From Pelagomonas calceolata (Eukaryota), in assembly GCA_918797485.1 (NCBI GenBank), contig CAKKNE010000002.1:558001-622000 (forward strand): DNA of 64,000 nucleotides, given 5' to 3'. Below, one piece after another: positions 1-9,848 of this stretch; the stretch's first letter is position 1, and each line of letters begins with the position of its first letter. The notes beneath the pieces are model-generated. The model saw only the letters and a list, made by a program, of their open reading frames with translations. It ran no database searches and had not been told where the DNA came from. The translations under genes and the position numbers were made by a program.

Positions 1-2
1 CG

Positions 3-1205
3 CACCTCCCATTCAATTCGCCAGCGCCGTTCTTTGACGCGTTCCCGATCGATGCGGTGCCGCCGCCGCCGCGGCCCCGCCCGCCGTCGCATGCGTCGGT
101 ACTGACGGCAAACTCCGTACGTGTGGGCGAAGGGGAGCTCAACGCCAGAATTTGGAAACGACCAGACGAGGAGGGAAACCTCGTGACAACGTACCTACGG
201 AAGGCCTCTATGGCCGGAAACTTCGCGGCGGCGTATGCCGCCGCCGTATCGTTTGCAGATGCGCAGTTTGGGCGCGTGATGGACCGTCTGGCGACGCTTG
301 GTCGGCGTCAAACTACCGCCATCGTCGTGCATGGCGACCACGGTTGGAAGCTCGGTCACCTCGGGGGCTGGGGGAAGAGTTCGCCGCTGACGCAAGACAC
401 GCACGTTCCGTTGATCATATCGGTGCCGGGGGCGCGGCCCGGGCGCATAGATTTGCCAGTCGAGCTGCTTGATGTCTTCCCGACGATCATAGACTTGGCG
501 GGCGTTTCGCCCCGGCGCTCTCTCGCGTTGCACGGCCGTAGCCTCCGGCCGACCATCGAGGGTCGCCAAGTCAATGCCGCGGGGTTTGCGGTGTCGCAGT
601 GGCCACAAGTATTGAATCCTCACCACGAAAACGGAATAACGTGCATGGGATACAGCCTCCGCGTCGCGAACTGGACGCTCATTCAGTGGGTACTCACGCC
701 AACCCGCTGCAGCAGAACGGGCGGAGCGTTGCATTGCCGCGGGCCGCGACGTGACACGCCGGGGAACGCCGCGGCTTGGAAAGCGATCCAAAGGCGCTTC
801 GCCGGGGGCGACCCGTGCCGCGGCCACGCTGACCTCTTCCGTGCGCCGCCGGACTACGGAGTAAAGCCGTGGGTTGAGCCCGAAAGCCGAAATATTATCG
901 ACGCATACCCTCAGATAGCAAAGGAGCTGCGCGAACTCCTTGCCTCGCATCTCGACTTGGACCGCAACCGCGTTGCCCCTTCGACAAAACAAATAAATCG
1001 ACTTTCGGGAACGGTGCCAAACCCGCCCCCCTCCAAGCTCTTACCCAAATACTCAAAAAGTCGTCGTTCTGTTCACCAGCCTATGATTGGCACAACAATT
1101 CATAGTACAAAGGGCGGGCGTTCGGTCACGCACTTCGGCTTCGGCTCCCCGGCTGGGCGGCCTCTTCGTGCCCGGAAAGCCAACTTAATCCCACCTAGAT
1201 TGTGA
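3..1205 (+). CDS. Sulfatase (iduronate-2-sulfatase/choline-sulfatase-like), 5'-truncated by window edge
   Basis: Frame is open from base 3 (HLPFNSPAPFFD). Sulfatase motifs: Y.AAVSFADAQFGRVMD, VVHGDHGWKLG, THVPLII, VELLDVFPTI.DLAG, GRSL. Confidence 0.85.
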   Translation, partial: HLPFNSPAPFFDAFPIDAVPPPPRPRPPSHASVLTANSVRVGEGELNARIWKRPDEEGNLVTTYLRKASMAGNFAAAYAAAVSFADAQFGRVMDRLATLGRRQTTAIVVHGDHGWKLGHLGGWGKSSPLTQDTHVPLIISVPGARPGRIDLPVELLDVFPTIIDLAGVSPRRSLALHGRSLRPTIEGRQVNAAGFAVSQWPQVLNPHHENGITCMGYSLRVANWTLIQWVLTPTRCSRTGGALHCRGPRRDTPGNAAAWKAIQRRFAGGDPCRGHADLFRAPPDYGVKPWVEPESRNIIDAYPQIAKELRELLASHLDLDRNRVAPSTKQINRLSGTVPNPPPSKLLPKYSKSRRSVHQPMIGTTIHSTKGGRSVTHFGFGSPAGRPLRARKANLIPPRL

Positions 1206-1375
1206 GCCCGACGCTGCCCGCCGACTCTTCCGCCGTCGTTCCCGAGCCTATGTATCAGGAGGCCTTTTTAATTTGTAGTAATCTTTACACACGAAAGCGG
1301 GGGGGACAGCGCTCAACCAGTTTTATCAAGAGCTGGGGGATACCTTCCATCATCCTCTACTGTGTCGTCCTTGTC

Positions 1376-2200
1376 TCACTCCTTGTCGACCCACGACCCG
1401 TTGTCCGAGTCCCAGACTTTTCCCGGGATCGTGACGCCCTTCGGCTTCGGGTACTGGTACGGGGTGTGCTTCTTGGTGTCGACGTACCAGAAATTCACGG
1501 GGTCCACCTTATTGCACGGAAGTCCCATGAGGGCAGCACCATATAATTTCTCTTCGAGGTCCAAATGCTTGTCGTCGATTCTCTTCTCATCCATGATTTG
1601 AGGCATCATGCACACCTTCACGTGTTCATACTTATCAATCTTGCCGTCCTTGTTGGCGGATATGGGCCACTTTTGCTTACCCGGAAGAGTAAGCTCGATC
1701 GCTTTGCCGTCTTTGTTGATGCCGTCGAAGGTGAGCTTGCGCGACTCATTGATTATGCACTGTTCCAGGCCGAAAGTAGGCGTGGAACCCTCCTTCATCA
1801 CCTCCTTCATCAAAAACCCCGCGGTGTCGGCAAAGTCCCCAAGAAGGGCGACGCAGAGGTCCGTGCCTTGTACGCGAATCTCCATGCCCTCGCTATCCGC
1901 GACGAACGCTTGGCGGGGGGTGTCCTTGCAGTTCTCGATCTTGAGCGGAGCCCCACGGTGAATTCCATCAGCGACGGCGACGCACTTGTTAGGATACAAC
2001 TCCATCTTGATTTTCGCTTCATGCTCGTAGAGCGCCGCGGACGCGCGGGGCGCCGAGGGCGTGACGACCGTCGCGGCCAGCGCGCCGAGGACAAACGAGG
2101 CAACGGCGGCGCCGATGACGAGGGCCTTGATGCTCTTGCCCTGGGGCTTGTCGGCGACAAGGGGCTCCTCGGAGGCGGGGATTGTCGAGTAGGTGGCCAT
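1376..2200 (-). CDS. Type II membrane-anchored protein with a probable ricin-B/beta-trefoil-like lumenal domain
   Basis: ATG at 2200 (MATYSTI...), hydrophobic anchor LVIGAAVASFVLGALAATVV, then Cys-spaced repeats KCVAV...IENC...Q.F, DLCV...LEQC, VCMM...LPC...NFW. Confidence 0.55.
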   Translation of the reverse strand: MATYSTIPASEEPLVADKPQGKSIKALVIGAAVASFVLGALAATVVTPSAPRASAALYEHEAKIKMELYPNKCVAVADGIHRGAPLKIENCKDTPRQAFVADSEGMEIRVQGTDLCVALLGDFADTAGFLMKEVMKEGSTPTFGLEQCIINESRKLTFDGINKDGKAIELTLPGKQKWPISANKDGKIDKYEHVKVCMMPQIMDEKRIDDKHLDLEEKLYGAALMGLPCNKVDPVNFWYVDTKKHTPYQYPKPKGVTIPGKVWDSDNGSWVDKE

Positions 2201-2301
2201 TGTTTGTTGTTTAGTCTGCGTGGGAGTCGCAATTTGCAAAGTCGAAGGGCACGCGTTGGCTACAAGATGAAGTATGAAGGCCCGTACAAAAGACTCGACG
2301 C

Positions 2302-2347
2302 GACTACGTACGTTATTCAACTGTGACTACGTACGTTATTCAACTGT
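2302..2347. repeat. Perfect 23-bp tandem duplication (GACTACGTACGTTATTCAACTGT x2)
   Basis: Read directly at 2302-2324 and 2325-2347. Confidence 0.95.
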
Positions 2348-2509
2348 GGACGTGCCGAGCAAAAATCTGTGAAAATCGTGCGGGTTTAAACCCCGCACGA
2401 ACATTCCAAAGCCCCGTCATAGGGGCATGAGGAAGAGTTACGGGGGCTACGACGCAGTTCAAGTGTGGATAAGCGCCGTAGAGCGGTAAAATGGAATAGC
2501 ACAAACATC

Positions 2510-5500
2510 TTACTCTAGTTCATCAAACCGCCCCAAACAACACGCCTCATCATTCGCCCCCCAAAACTCCGACAGCGCCTCGCCAATCTCGACGACGGCG
2601 GCATCACTGCAAACGCCGAGCCCCGCCGCCGCCGGACCGTACGCGACGCGGCAGCCCGGCGCGCGCGGCGGCCCGTCCGGCCCGCGGCCCTCCGCAAATG
2701 TCGCCGCGCGGCCGACGACGCGCACGACGAGCTTGCCCGCGCAGCAGGCCGCGCCGTCGGCGGGCGCGCAGGCGCCGAGACCGAACATTCGGTCATACGC
2801 GGCGCGGACGGCCGCAGGCGCGACCGAACCACAAGCAAGGGCCTCGACGATATGAGAATCGAACAGGTCCGGCCGCCCGTCGTAGATACCCTCCCAAGCG
2901 TGATCGGCAACCTCCCTCGGGCTCCGGTGCTTCTCGCCGCGCCGCAGCGCCAGCGCCGCGCCGTGCTCGACGAGGTCTTCGGCGAAGGACGGCTTCATGA
3001 CCTCCCTGCGAAACTCGCGCAGGAACGCGTCGACGCGGCCCGCGACGTAGTCCGGGTGCGCCTCCTTCGACGTCACGCAGATGCCAAAGCCCACGATCCC
3101 GTCGGTCCAGCGCGAGCCGCAGGACACGCTGTAGCCGAGCTGCTCCTTCGTGCGCAGCTGGTCGTAGAGCGGCTCGTCGATCACGGCCTCCAGCAGATCC
3201 GCTAACAACCGCGAAGCCGGCGAGTCCGGGCCGAGCTGCCAGTAGCACTCGAGCGCGCAGGCCCTGCCCTCGGCGTCCTCGCCCGCGGCGTCGACGTGGT
3301 ACGCGTGGCACCGCGGGAGCCGGGCCACGGGGCCGCAGGTCCGCGCCGTGGCGACGGTCGACACGGTCCGCAGCGACGCGTCGACGGACCGCGCCGCGTC
3401 CGCCGCACCGTTGCCGCCCACCAGAGCACTCCGCGAGCAGCCGTCGAGAAAATTGCGGAGCCAGCGCTGGCACGCGACGGCGTCCACGCTTTGCAGCGCC
3501 GCGCGGCGCTGCGCCGGCGCGAACCGCCGCCCCGGCGCGAGGCAGCACAGGCGCAGGCGGCGCGCGTGGCGGTCCGCGTCGTGCCAGGCGTTCTCCAGGC
3601 TGAGCGCGACCTCGGACTTGGCCGCCGCGAAGGCGCGCGGTTCAACAACCTCGTCGGCGGCGCGCCGCACGCCCCGCAGCAGCGCGTCGAAGAGCGCCGG
3701 CACCTTCTCGTCGAAGCCGCCGCACTTGAGCGAGAGCGCGAGCGCGTCGGCGTCCAGCACCGCCGATATCGTGTAGTCGAGGCCGGCGACGGTCGCCGGG
3801 TAGAGGTCCTCGGCGACGGCGTCCGCGACGAGGGCACTTACTAATTGCAGCGTGGCGGCGTCCGTCACCGTTGGTTTTGATGACCCCGTGAGGCGCGCCC
3901 GCACGTAGAGCGTGGGCAGCTCGAAGCGATCGGGCCGCGGAAGGACCCAGACGTCTCCAATTAACGCGGGCGCCGCGTCCGTGGCGTCGGGCGCGGCCGG
4001 GAAGCCCTCGACGAGTTTTGATAGTGCGACGTCGGCGCTGCTGGGCTTGCCCTTGCGCTTTTTTTTTGCCGGGCCGCCGGCGCGGCGCCGCCACGCGTCC
4101 GCGAAGTCTTTGCAGGCCCGCGCCGCTCGTTCGGCGTCGGCTTCTTCCTCGTTTGATGGAGCGGGCCGCGCCTTCGTCGACCCGGGCTTTAACAGAGGCG
4201 CGTCGACCACAAAAGCGTTCGGCGCCGGCAGCCCGAGCGCGGGCCAGTCGTCGCACGCGGACCACGCCTCTATTAATGAAGGGGGCACCGGCGCCGTCCA
4301 GTGCTCGGTCCCGAAGCGCGGCTCAATTTGTGGAGACTCCGCGGGCCGCCGCGTCGCGAGGTGTGCAAACGGCGCCCACGTCGCCGGGACATCATTTGAG
4401 GCGGGCGGCGGCGGCGGTTTGGCCGGCATGAGCTTCGCCAGCGCGGCGTGGAAGCCCCCTCGTCCCGCGCACCGCGGGCAGCCCGGCGCGCACGGAACTT
4501 CCGGTGGGCATTCATCGCCCCGGAACGCGGCCGTCGAGAGCTCCACTCGACATTTTGTGGGATCGGCGAGGACCCGTAATACCTCAATCGCGTCGTCGTC
4601 GAAGGGCGCGAGCAGGCACCCGCCGGCCACTTCCAGGAGGTGCTCTCTATCTACACCGTCGTGGGCCAGCATCAGCGCCGCGAGGCCCTCGACGAGATCG
4701 TCTACTTCCCCATCTTCCTCGAAATCGAAGTTCAGTCGCTCGACCTTCCGCAGCTCCGCCGAGAGCCGCCCGAGCGTGTCGTCGCAAAGCTCCCTTAAAC
4801 AAGCCCGCGCGTGCGCCAACACGCAGCCGACGACCTCGGCCCAGCGCGCCACGCCGGCTTCTGTTAAATCGACGGACACGGCGAAGAGGGCCCCGCACGC
4901 GACCGAGTCGGACACGCCGTCGCCGGACACGCCCGCCACGAGGCCCGCCGCGAGGCCGCTCCGGCGCAGCTGCGCGAGCGCGGACCTGGGCCCCTCGTGG
5001 CCGAGGCAGTGCGCCGCGAGGTCGCACGGCCGCGTCCGCCACTTGCGACGAATACTCGGGAGGGGCCACACCAACCTCAGGTCGCGCGCCGCGTCGCGGG
5101 CCGGCGCGACGCGCGCGAGCGCCGAAGCGCCGGCGGCGAAGGGCGGCGCGAGCGGCGCGGGCGGCGCGTCCCAGGACGTCCGGCGCCAGCGGCCCGCGGG
5201 ACATGTTGAGGGGCTCGCGCGCACCTGTGTGGTTTGACTTTCTTTGTTTCGCGTTCCCTCACGCCATCGACGCGCCGTTTCCCCTGTGAATGTTCTACAT
5301 GGCGGAACCTCTACGCCATCGCTCAGACACGGTTACAAGTGGCCACACCGGCGCAGACGTGCTTAAAGCTCTCGCGGCACCAGGCCTCCGTCTCGTCGAG
5401 CGCCGCCGGCGCCACGAGGCAGAGCTTCATGTTCGACGCGTGGTAGTGGTCTCTATACAACGCCTTGACGGCGGCGACGGCGCTCGCGTCGCCGTGGCGC

Positions 5501-6099
5501 AGACTTTCCGCGTGCCCCCAGGTGAAGGTGGCGAAGGGGTGGCCCGCGGGCGCGCCCGCGACGTAGAGCAACTCATCCAAACGCGCGGCGTCGTCTCTTC
5601 TGGTTTCGTTGAACTCGTTGTCGATGGCGTTCACCTCGCGCGCGACCATGTCCGGGTTGAAACTTGGTGAAACGAAGAACTGCGCGAAGATGTCCAAAGC
5701 TTCGCGGAACGCGCCGGGCAGCACGTCGAAGTAGTAGGACGTGTGCTCGACGTCCGTGTGCGCGTTCGACGAGCCGCCTCTTTTCGCCAAGAAGCCGTCG
5801 TAGGCGTTCTCGGCGGGGTACTTCTTCGAGCCCAGGAACAGCAAATGCTCCAAAAAGTGCGCCGCGCCCGGCGTGTCCTCCGGGTCCGCCCACGAGCCGA
5901 CGCCGACGACCACCGCGCACGCCGCCCTTTGGGTCTCGTCGTCTCCGTCGTCGCTGCTGTCGTCGCTGCCGGTCTCGCTCTCTTCGATCTCGTCCTCTTC
6001 CTCCGTGGGCGGCTCGTGGATGAGGAGGCACTCGAGGCCGTTGTCGAGCGTGATGAGACGGTACTGTTTTTTGTCGGAGGTGCCGACGTTGAGTTGCAT
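2510..6099 (-). CDS. M16A metallopeptidase (insulysin/nardilysin-like); exons 6099-5359 and 5224-2510
   Basis: YRLITLDNGL, acidic insert, GAAHFLEHLLFLGS (inverted HXXEH zinc motif), GGSSNAHT, LGHEG..S, LRTKEQLGY. The two ORFs join in phase 0 by removing the GT-AG intron 5225-5358. Confidence 0.9.
5225..5358 (-). mobile_element. Introner-like element forming a 134-bp GT-AG intron (decayed copy)
   Basis: Minus strand: KH|GTCTGCGC CGGTGTGG...CCACACAG|GTGCGCGC. TSD 6/8 identical, TIR 7/8 identical, internal CGATGGCGT family motifs. Splicing restores the frame. Confidence 0.8.
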
Positions 6100-6269
6100 G
6101 ATGCTGTGCGGCAGCGAGTGGTCAACAGGATGCAATATGAGTGTAACCAGGTTGCCAGGCTGTGGTGCAGCGATTGCGATGGATGCGGGCGCTGTCGTAC
6201 AGATGCACTTGCGAGCTGTACGCGAGTATTTGTGATTTTGCAGCGTTTTTTGCGGAGCCAAATTGCGCG

Positions 6270-6291
6270 CTAGTGTCTTTACAGACGCTAG
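6270..6291 (+). promoter_or_regulatory. Recurrent upstream element CTAGTGTCTTTACAGACGCTAG
   Basis: One of 8 similar copies; lies between divergent starts 6099(-) and 6486(+). Confidence 0.6.
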
Positions 6292-6485
6292 TAATCGCGG
6301 GGGTCGCAAACGCAGGCCGTCCTGAGTGTCCCAATAGGCTCCTGTGCCTGGTTTTAATCAAGTGCGTGCACAGTTCCATCTCTCGCAGCGCCAACTTTTC
6401 CCCTCGCGCCCTAGCTCTGCTGGCGAGCAACACACTCGGGTCTGCGACTCGCGTCTGCGACTATCCCACGAGATCTCCCAAAGCA

Positions 6486-6905
6486 ATGCCGCGAGTGAAA
6501 CGAAAAGCCGGTTCCGGCACTGCCACGCGGCGCCCGCGCCGCTTCGGCACGGAGTCGACCGGCATCGCGTCGGCCGCGCGGCCGATGCAGGAGGAACCCC
6601 AGGGCGGGCGGGGGCTACGATGCTGCGACGATCCTGACTGCGACGATCCGTCGATGGGCGGGGGCTACTTCGCGGTCTACCAGCCCAAGGACGGCGTCGA
6701 GGTGTTTACCGGTATCGTCGCGGTGTCCGCCGCGATCATGCAGACGCCCTGGCAGCAACCGCCCCTCAACATGCCCGTATCCTACTTCATGCTTCGCGAC
6801 CCGAATGATGATCCCATAAGCGGCGAGAAGGAGCTGATGGACCCGGGCTGGTTCATGCGTGAGATGTCGCAGTACGACGGCCCCGGCCCGCGGCTACCGG
6901 GCTAG
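6486..6905 (+). CDS. Hypothetical protein (139 aa)
   Basis: ATG in a CAATG context, GC3-rich codon usage, no recognisable domain. Confidence 0.5.
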   Translation: MPRVKRKAGSGTATRRPRRFGTESTGIASAARPMQEEPQGGRGLRCCDDPDCDDPSMGGGYFAVYQPKDGVEVFTGIVAVSAAIMQTPWQQPPLNMPVSYFMLRDPNDDPISGEKELMDPGWFMREMSQYDGPGPRLPG

Positions 6906-7068
6906 GAATTGGGTTTAGGCATCTTAAGGAAAATATAGATTGTGCTCCTCATCATATTCACTGCTACAACCGGTCTACGTTCGCACACAAAACCCGTACC
7001 GCAAATTTCTCGCATCGCGCGGCGCCTCCAATGCGCGGCAGCATGACAACTCCACAGTAGTTGCAACG

Positions 7069-8841
7069 ATGCGATGCGTGTGGGCAGCGCTCGTGGCCGC
7101 AGCGTGCGCGGCGGCCCAGAACGAAGCCGTCGCGGCGCTGGTGGCCAAGTACAAAAAAAGCGCCGGGGGCAGCCCCGCGGCGCCCACGCCCGCGAGGCAG
7201 CCCGAAGCCGCGCCGCGCGACGTCGCGGCGGCGCCTGCGAGGCAGCCCGTCGCGGGGCGAGCGGCGACTAACGACGCTGCGAACCTAAACGACGTAGTCG
7301 GGCTCTTCGCGTGGCCGAAAAAACCGCGCACCGTTTGGGCCGCCGCGAAGGCCGCGATCACGGGGCAGCCCGACGCACCGCGCACCTTCCACGCCCGCCG
7401 GCCGAGCGCGCCCGCGCCTTCTACAAATATAAACGACGACGTCGACGCCTACTTCAAAAAATGGCGCCGCGTCGTGCCGCACTGCGCGCCGCTCATGCAG
7501 GGCAGCTGCGTCTACGTCGCGCCGAACGGCGGTATCGTGCACGCGCGCGACATGAGCCTGGCCAAGAACGCCGGGAGCTCCAAACAGATGCTCGCCGACT
7601 TACAGTTAAGAGCGGTCTCGGCCTCGCTCCAAAGTGTACTACCAGAGGACCGCTGGGTCAGCTGGAACATGGTCTACACCGCGGCGGGCCCGACGAAGCC
7701 GCGGCCCTGGCCGACCTTCGCCATCGGCAAGCGCGAGCCGCACCGGCCCGGGTTACTCATGCCGAACCCCTTCTTCGGCGCGCCGTCGTGGTGGGCGCGC
7801 CACAATTTACTGCAAATTGCGGCGTCCCAGAAGCGGAGCTGGGCCACGCGACTGAAAAAGGTGCTCTATAGAGGCGCGTGCGGCCCGGGCGCGCGCGCGC
7901 GGCTCGAGCTCATGAACCTCGCCGAGTCGAGCAATTTATTAGATGTGGGCTTCACGGGCGTCGACGGCTTTCCCTCCATCCAGTCTTGTGTGGATGCGCT
8001 CGCCAAGAAGCACGAGATACGGGCGGCGCCGTCCGCTTCTCGGCGGGCGCCGCACGTCGCGCAGACGAACTACTCGCAGTATAGGTATTTGCTGCACCTG
8101 CCGGGAGCGGCCACCGGATCTTACAGTAGGAACCTCCAGTACCTCTGGACGCAGGGCTCTATCGTCTTAGTGTGGAACCAGACCGCTACCGAATTTTACT
8201 ACCGCCACCTGCAAAACGACGTGCACTACGTCGTCGTCGACGCGGCCACGATCGTTCAAACGGTGGAGGCCATCGAGGCGGACCCGGCGCGCCAGGAGCG
8301 GTTAAGGCGGGGCGCGCGCGCGTTCTACGACGCGCATTTGGCGGCGCCGCGCTTGATCGATCGGTGGCGCGCCGTGCTCGAGGCGCTCGCGCTGCGGCAG
8401 GACGTGGAGCCCTGTGTGGAAATCAACCAGTGAGTTAGGATTTGAGCCTCCACGCCATCGAGCTGCCACAGTTACGGGGACGACGGCGCGTCGATGGCGT
8501 GTGCCTCCACGCCATCGGGCAGGTGCTGTTCCGGGGACGACGTCGCGTCGATGGCGTGGGACGCCCGAAATTTGATTTCCACACAGGTCGAGCCGCCGAA
8601 GATCGACAACTCGTCCGCGTGCACCTGCGACCACCGGCTAGCTACCCGGTACCGTGCCTGCTCGACGTGCCTGCACCTCGAGGACACGGAGATGGCCTAC
8701 TTCATGGGCATTCTCAAAAAGCCGAAGCGGCCACGGGCGCCGGACCCGGACGACGTCGTGGGCCTCGCGCGCGACATCCTCGCCGCGAAGACCCTTGAGG
8801 CCGCGAGGGCTGTGGCGCGGGCGTTCGTCGGGCAGAATTAA
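7069..8841 (+). CDS. Secreted/ER glycosyltransferase family 90 (CAP10/KDELC/Rumi-like); exons 7069-8403 and 8587-8841
   Basis: Signal peptide MRCVWAALVAAACAAA. Motifs W..R..KVLYRGA, YRYLLHLPG...YSRNLQYL...GS.VL, EFYY..L....HYV. The intron joins ...RQD|VEPPKID in phase 0. Confidence 0.8.
8404..8586 (+). mobile_element. Introner element (MITE-like) forming a 183-bp GT-AG intron; best-preserved copy
   Basis: TSD GTGGAGCC (8404-8411) / GTCGAGCC (8587-8594). Perfect 15-bp TIR CTGTGTGGAAATCAA (8412-8426) ... TTGATTTCCACACAG (8572-8586). An in-frame TGA at 8431-8433 is removed by splicing. Confidence 0.93.
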
Positions 8842-8914
8842 TTTACTTTCTAGTGACAACACAAAACAAACGTCGGCCGGGTGGCTAGGCAGCCTAGCTC
8901 TGAGCGAAGCAACA

Positions 8915-9592
8915 TCATCGCTCGAAGACGCCGAGCGACACGATCTTCAGGCCGGCGCCGAGCGGGAATGCGCTGAGCTCCTCGGCCGAGACTGCAACCG
9001 GTTCGAAGCGCCCCACGCCACCAAGCTCGTCCAGGAACGCTCGTCGCCCGTCGGGTCGCCCCGGGTCGACCACGATGCACGCGCCGCGCGAGGCGCGGAC
9101 GACCCGGGCCGTCGCCCGAGCAATGGCCTCCTCGTACAACGTATCTGCCGCGACGACGACGTCAAAATCTCCGAGCGCGGCGACGGCGTCGGCATCGGTG
9201 AAATCAAGCCGTTGCACGTCGAAAGCACCATCCGCCGCGCGCCGCAGTAGCTCGAGGGAGATGTCGGACACGTCCGTCGCGACGACGTCGGCACCGAGCC
9301 TCGCGGCGGCCGCCGACGCCAGGCCCGTGCCCGCGCCGAGTTCGAGGACGCGGAGCCCCGCCACGTCGCGTGCCGCGAGCGCGCGCGCCGCGACGACGGC
9401 CGACGGCCAGCAGCACGCGCCGAAGGGATCGCTGTCGGTCTCGATCGCGGCGTCGAGCGCCGCGTCTTGCGACTCCGCCTCGTAGATGCGCACGGGTGCA
9501 GTGATGCCTGCTATTTGCACGTCTCGCGGGCGGACGGCTATCGCGTGTGCATGTGCAGTGCTGCATGAGAGCAGGAGCAACACGCATAGCAT
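8915..9592 (-). CDS. SAM-dependent protein methyltransferase (family 16, METTL21/EEF1AKMT-like) with N-terminal signal peptide
   Basis: G.CCWPSA..AARAL, VLELGAGTGLAS, VVATD, FDVVVAADTLYE. Confidence 0.85.
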   Translation of the reverse strand: MLCVLLLLSCSTAHAHAIAVRPRDVQIAGITAPVRIYEAESQDAALDAAIETDSDPFGACCWPSAVVAARALAARDVAGLRVLELGAGTGLASAAAARLGADVVATDVSDISLELLRRAADGAFDVQRLDFTDADAVAALGDFDVVVAADTLYEEAIARATARVVRASRGACIVVDPGRPDGRRAFLDELGGVGRFEPVAVSAEELSAFPLGAGLKIVSLGVFER

Positions 9593-9756
9593 GGCTGCCA
9601 CTCTGCACGCTCGACACCTAGCACGGACCTTGCAACGCGGGAAACCCGCGCCGTGCCCAATCTGGTGATCGATGCGCCTGTAACCGTGTGCTCAAAGTGA
9701 TTTATAAAGGCGAATTCGTGGTAGGGGAGGGGAGGCTGGAAAAACCGCTTGGCTTG

Positions 9757-9776
9757 CTAGTGTGTTACAGCGCTAG
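9757..9776 (+). promoter_or_regulatory. Recurrent upstream element CTAGTGTGTTACAGCGCTAG
   Basis: Lies 165 bp upstream of the 9592(-) start and is preceded by GCTTG, as in three other copies. Confidence 0.55.
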
Positions 9777-9848
9777 CTGCGCACTCTTCGCCGCGTGGCT
9801 TTGCCATCAGTGGAAAAGTCGAACCAAGGGGAAAACCACAGCGAATAT

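Noticed and set aside
2376..2400. 9-bp inverted repeat TCGTGCGGG...CCCGCACGA as a terminator
   Set aside because: Eukaryotic context, no U-tract, and a single occurrence; function cannot be supported.
5225..5358. Frame breaks in the peptidase, GT90, oxygenase, guaA and ceramidase genes read as pseudogenes or programmed frameshifts
   Set aside because: Each break is resolved by a GT/GC-AG intron that restores the frame and the conserved motifs.
8446..8559. Palindromic repeats with spacers resembling a CRISPR array or REP elements (also 43915-44046)
   Set aside because: The 'spacers' are homologous to each other, there are only 2-3 units, no cas genes are present, the context is eukaryotic, and the repeats sit inside TIR-bounded introns.
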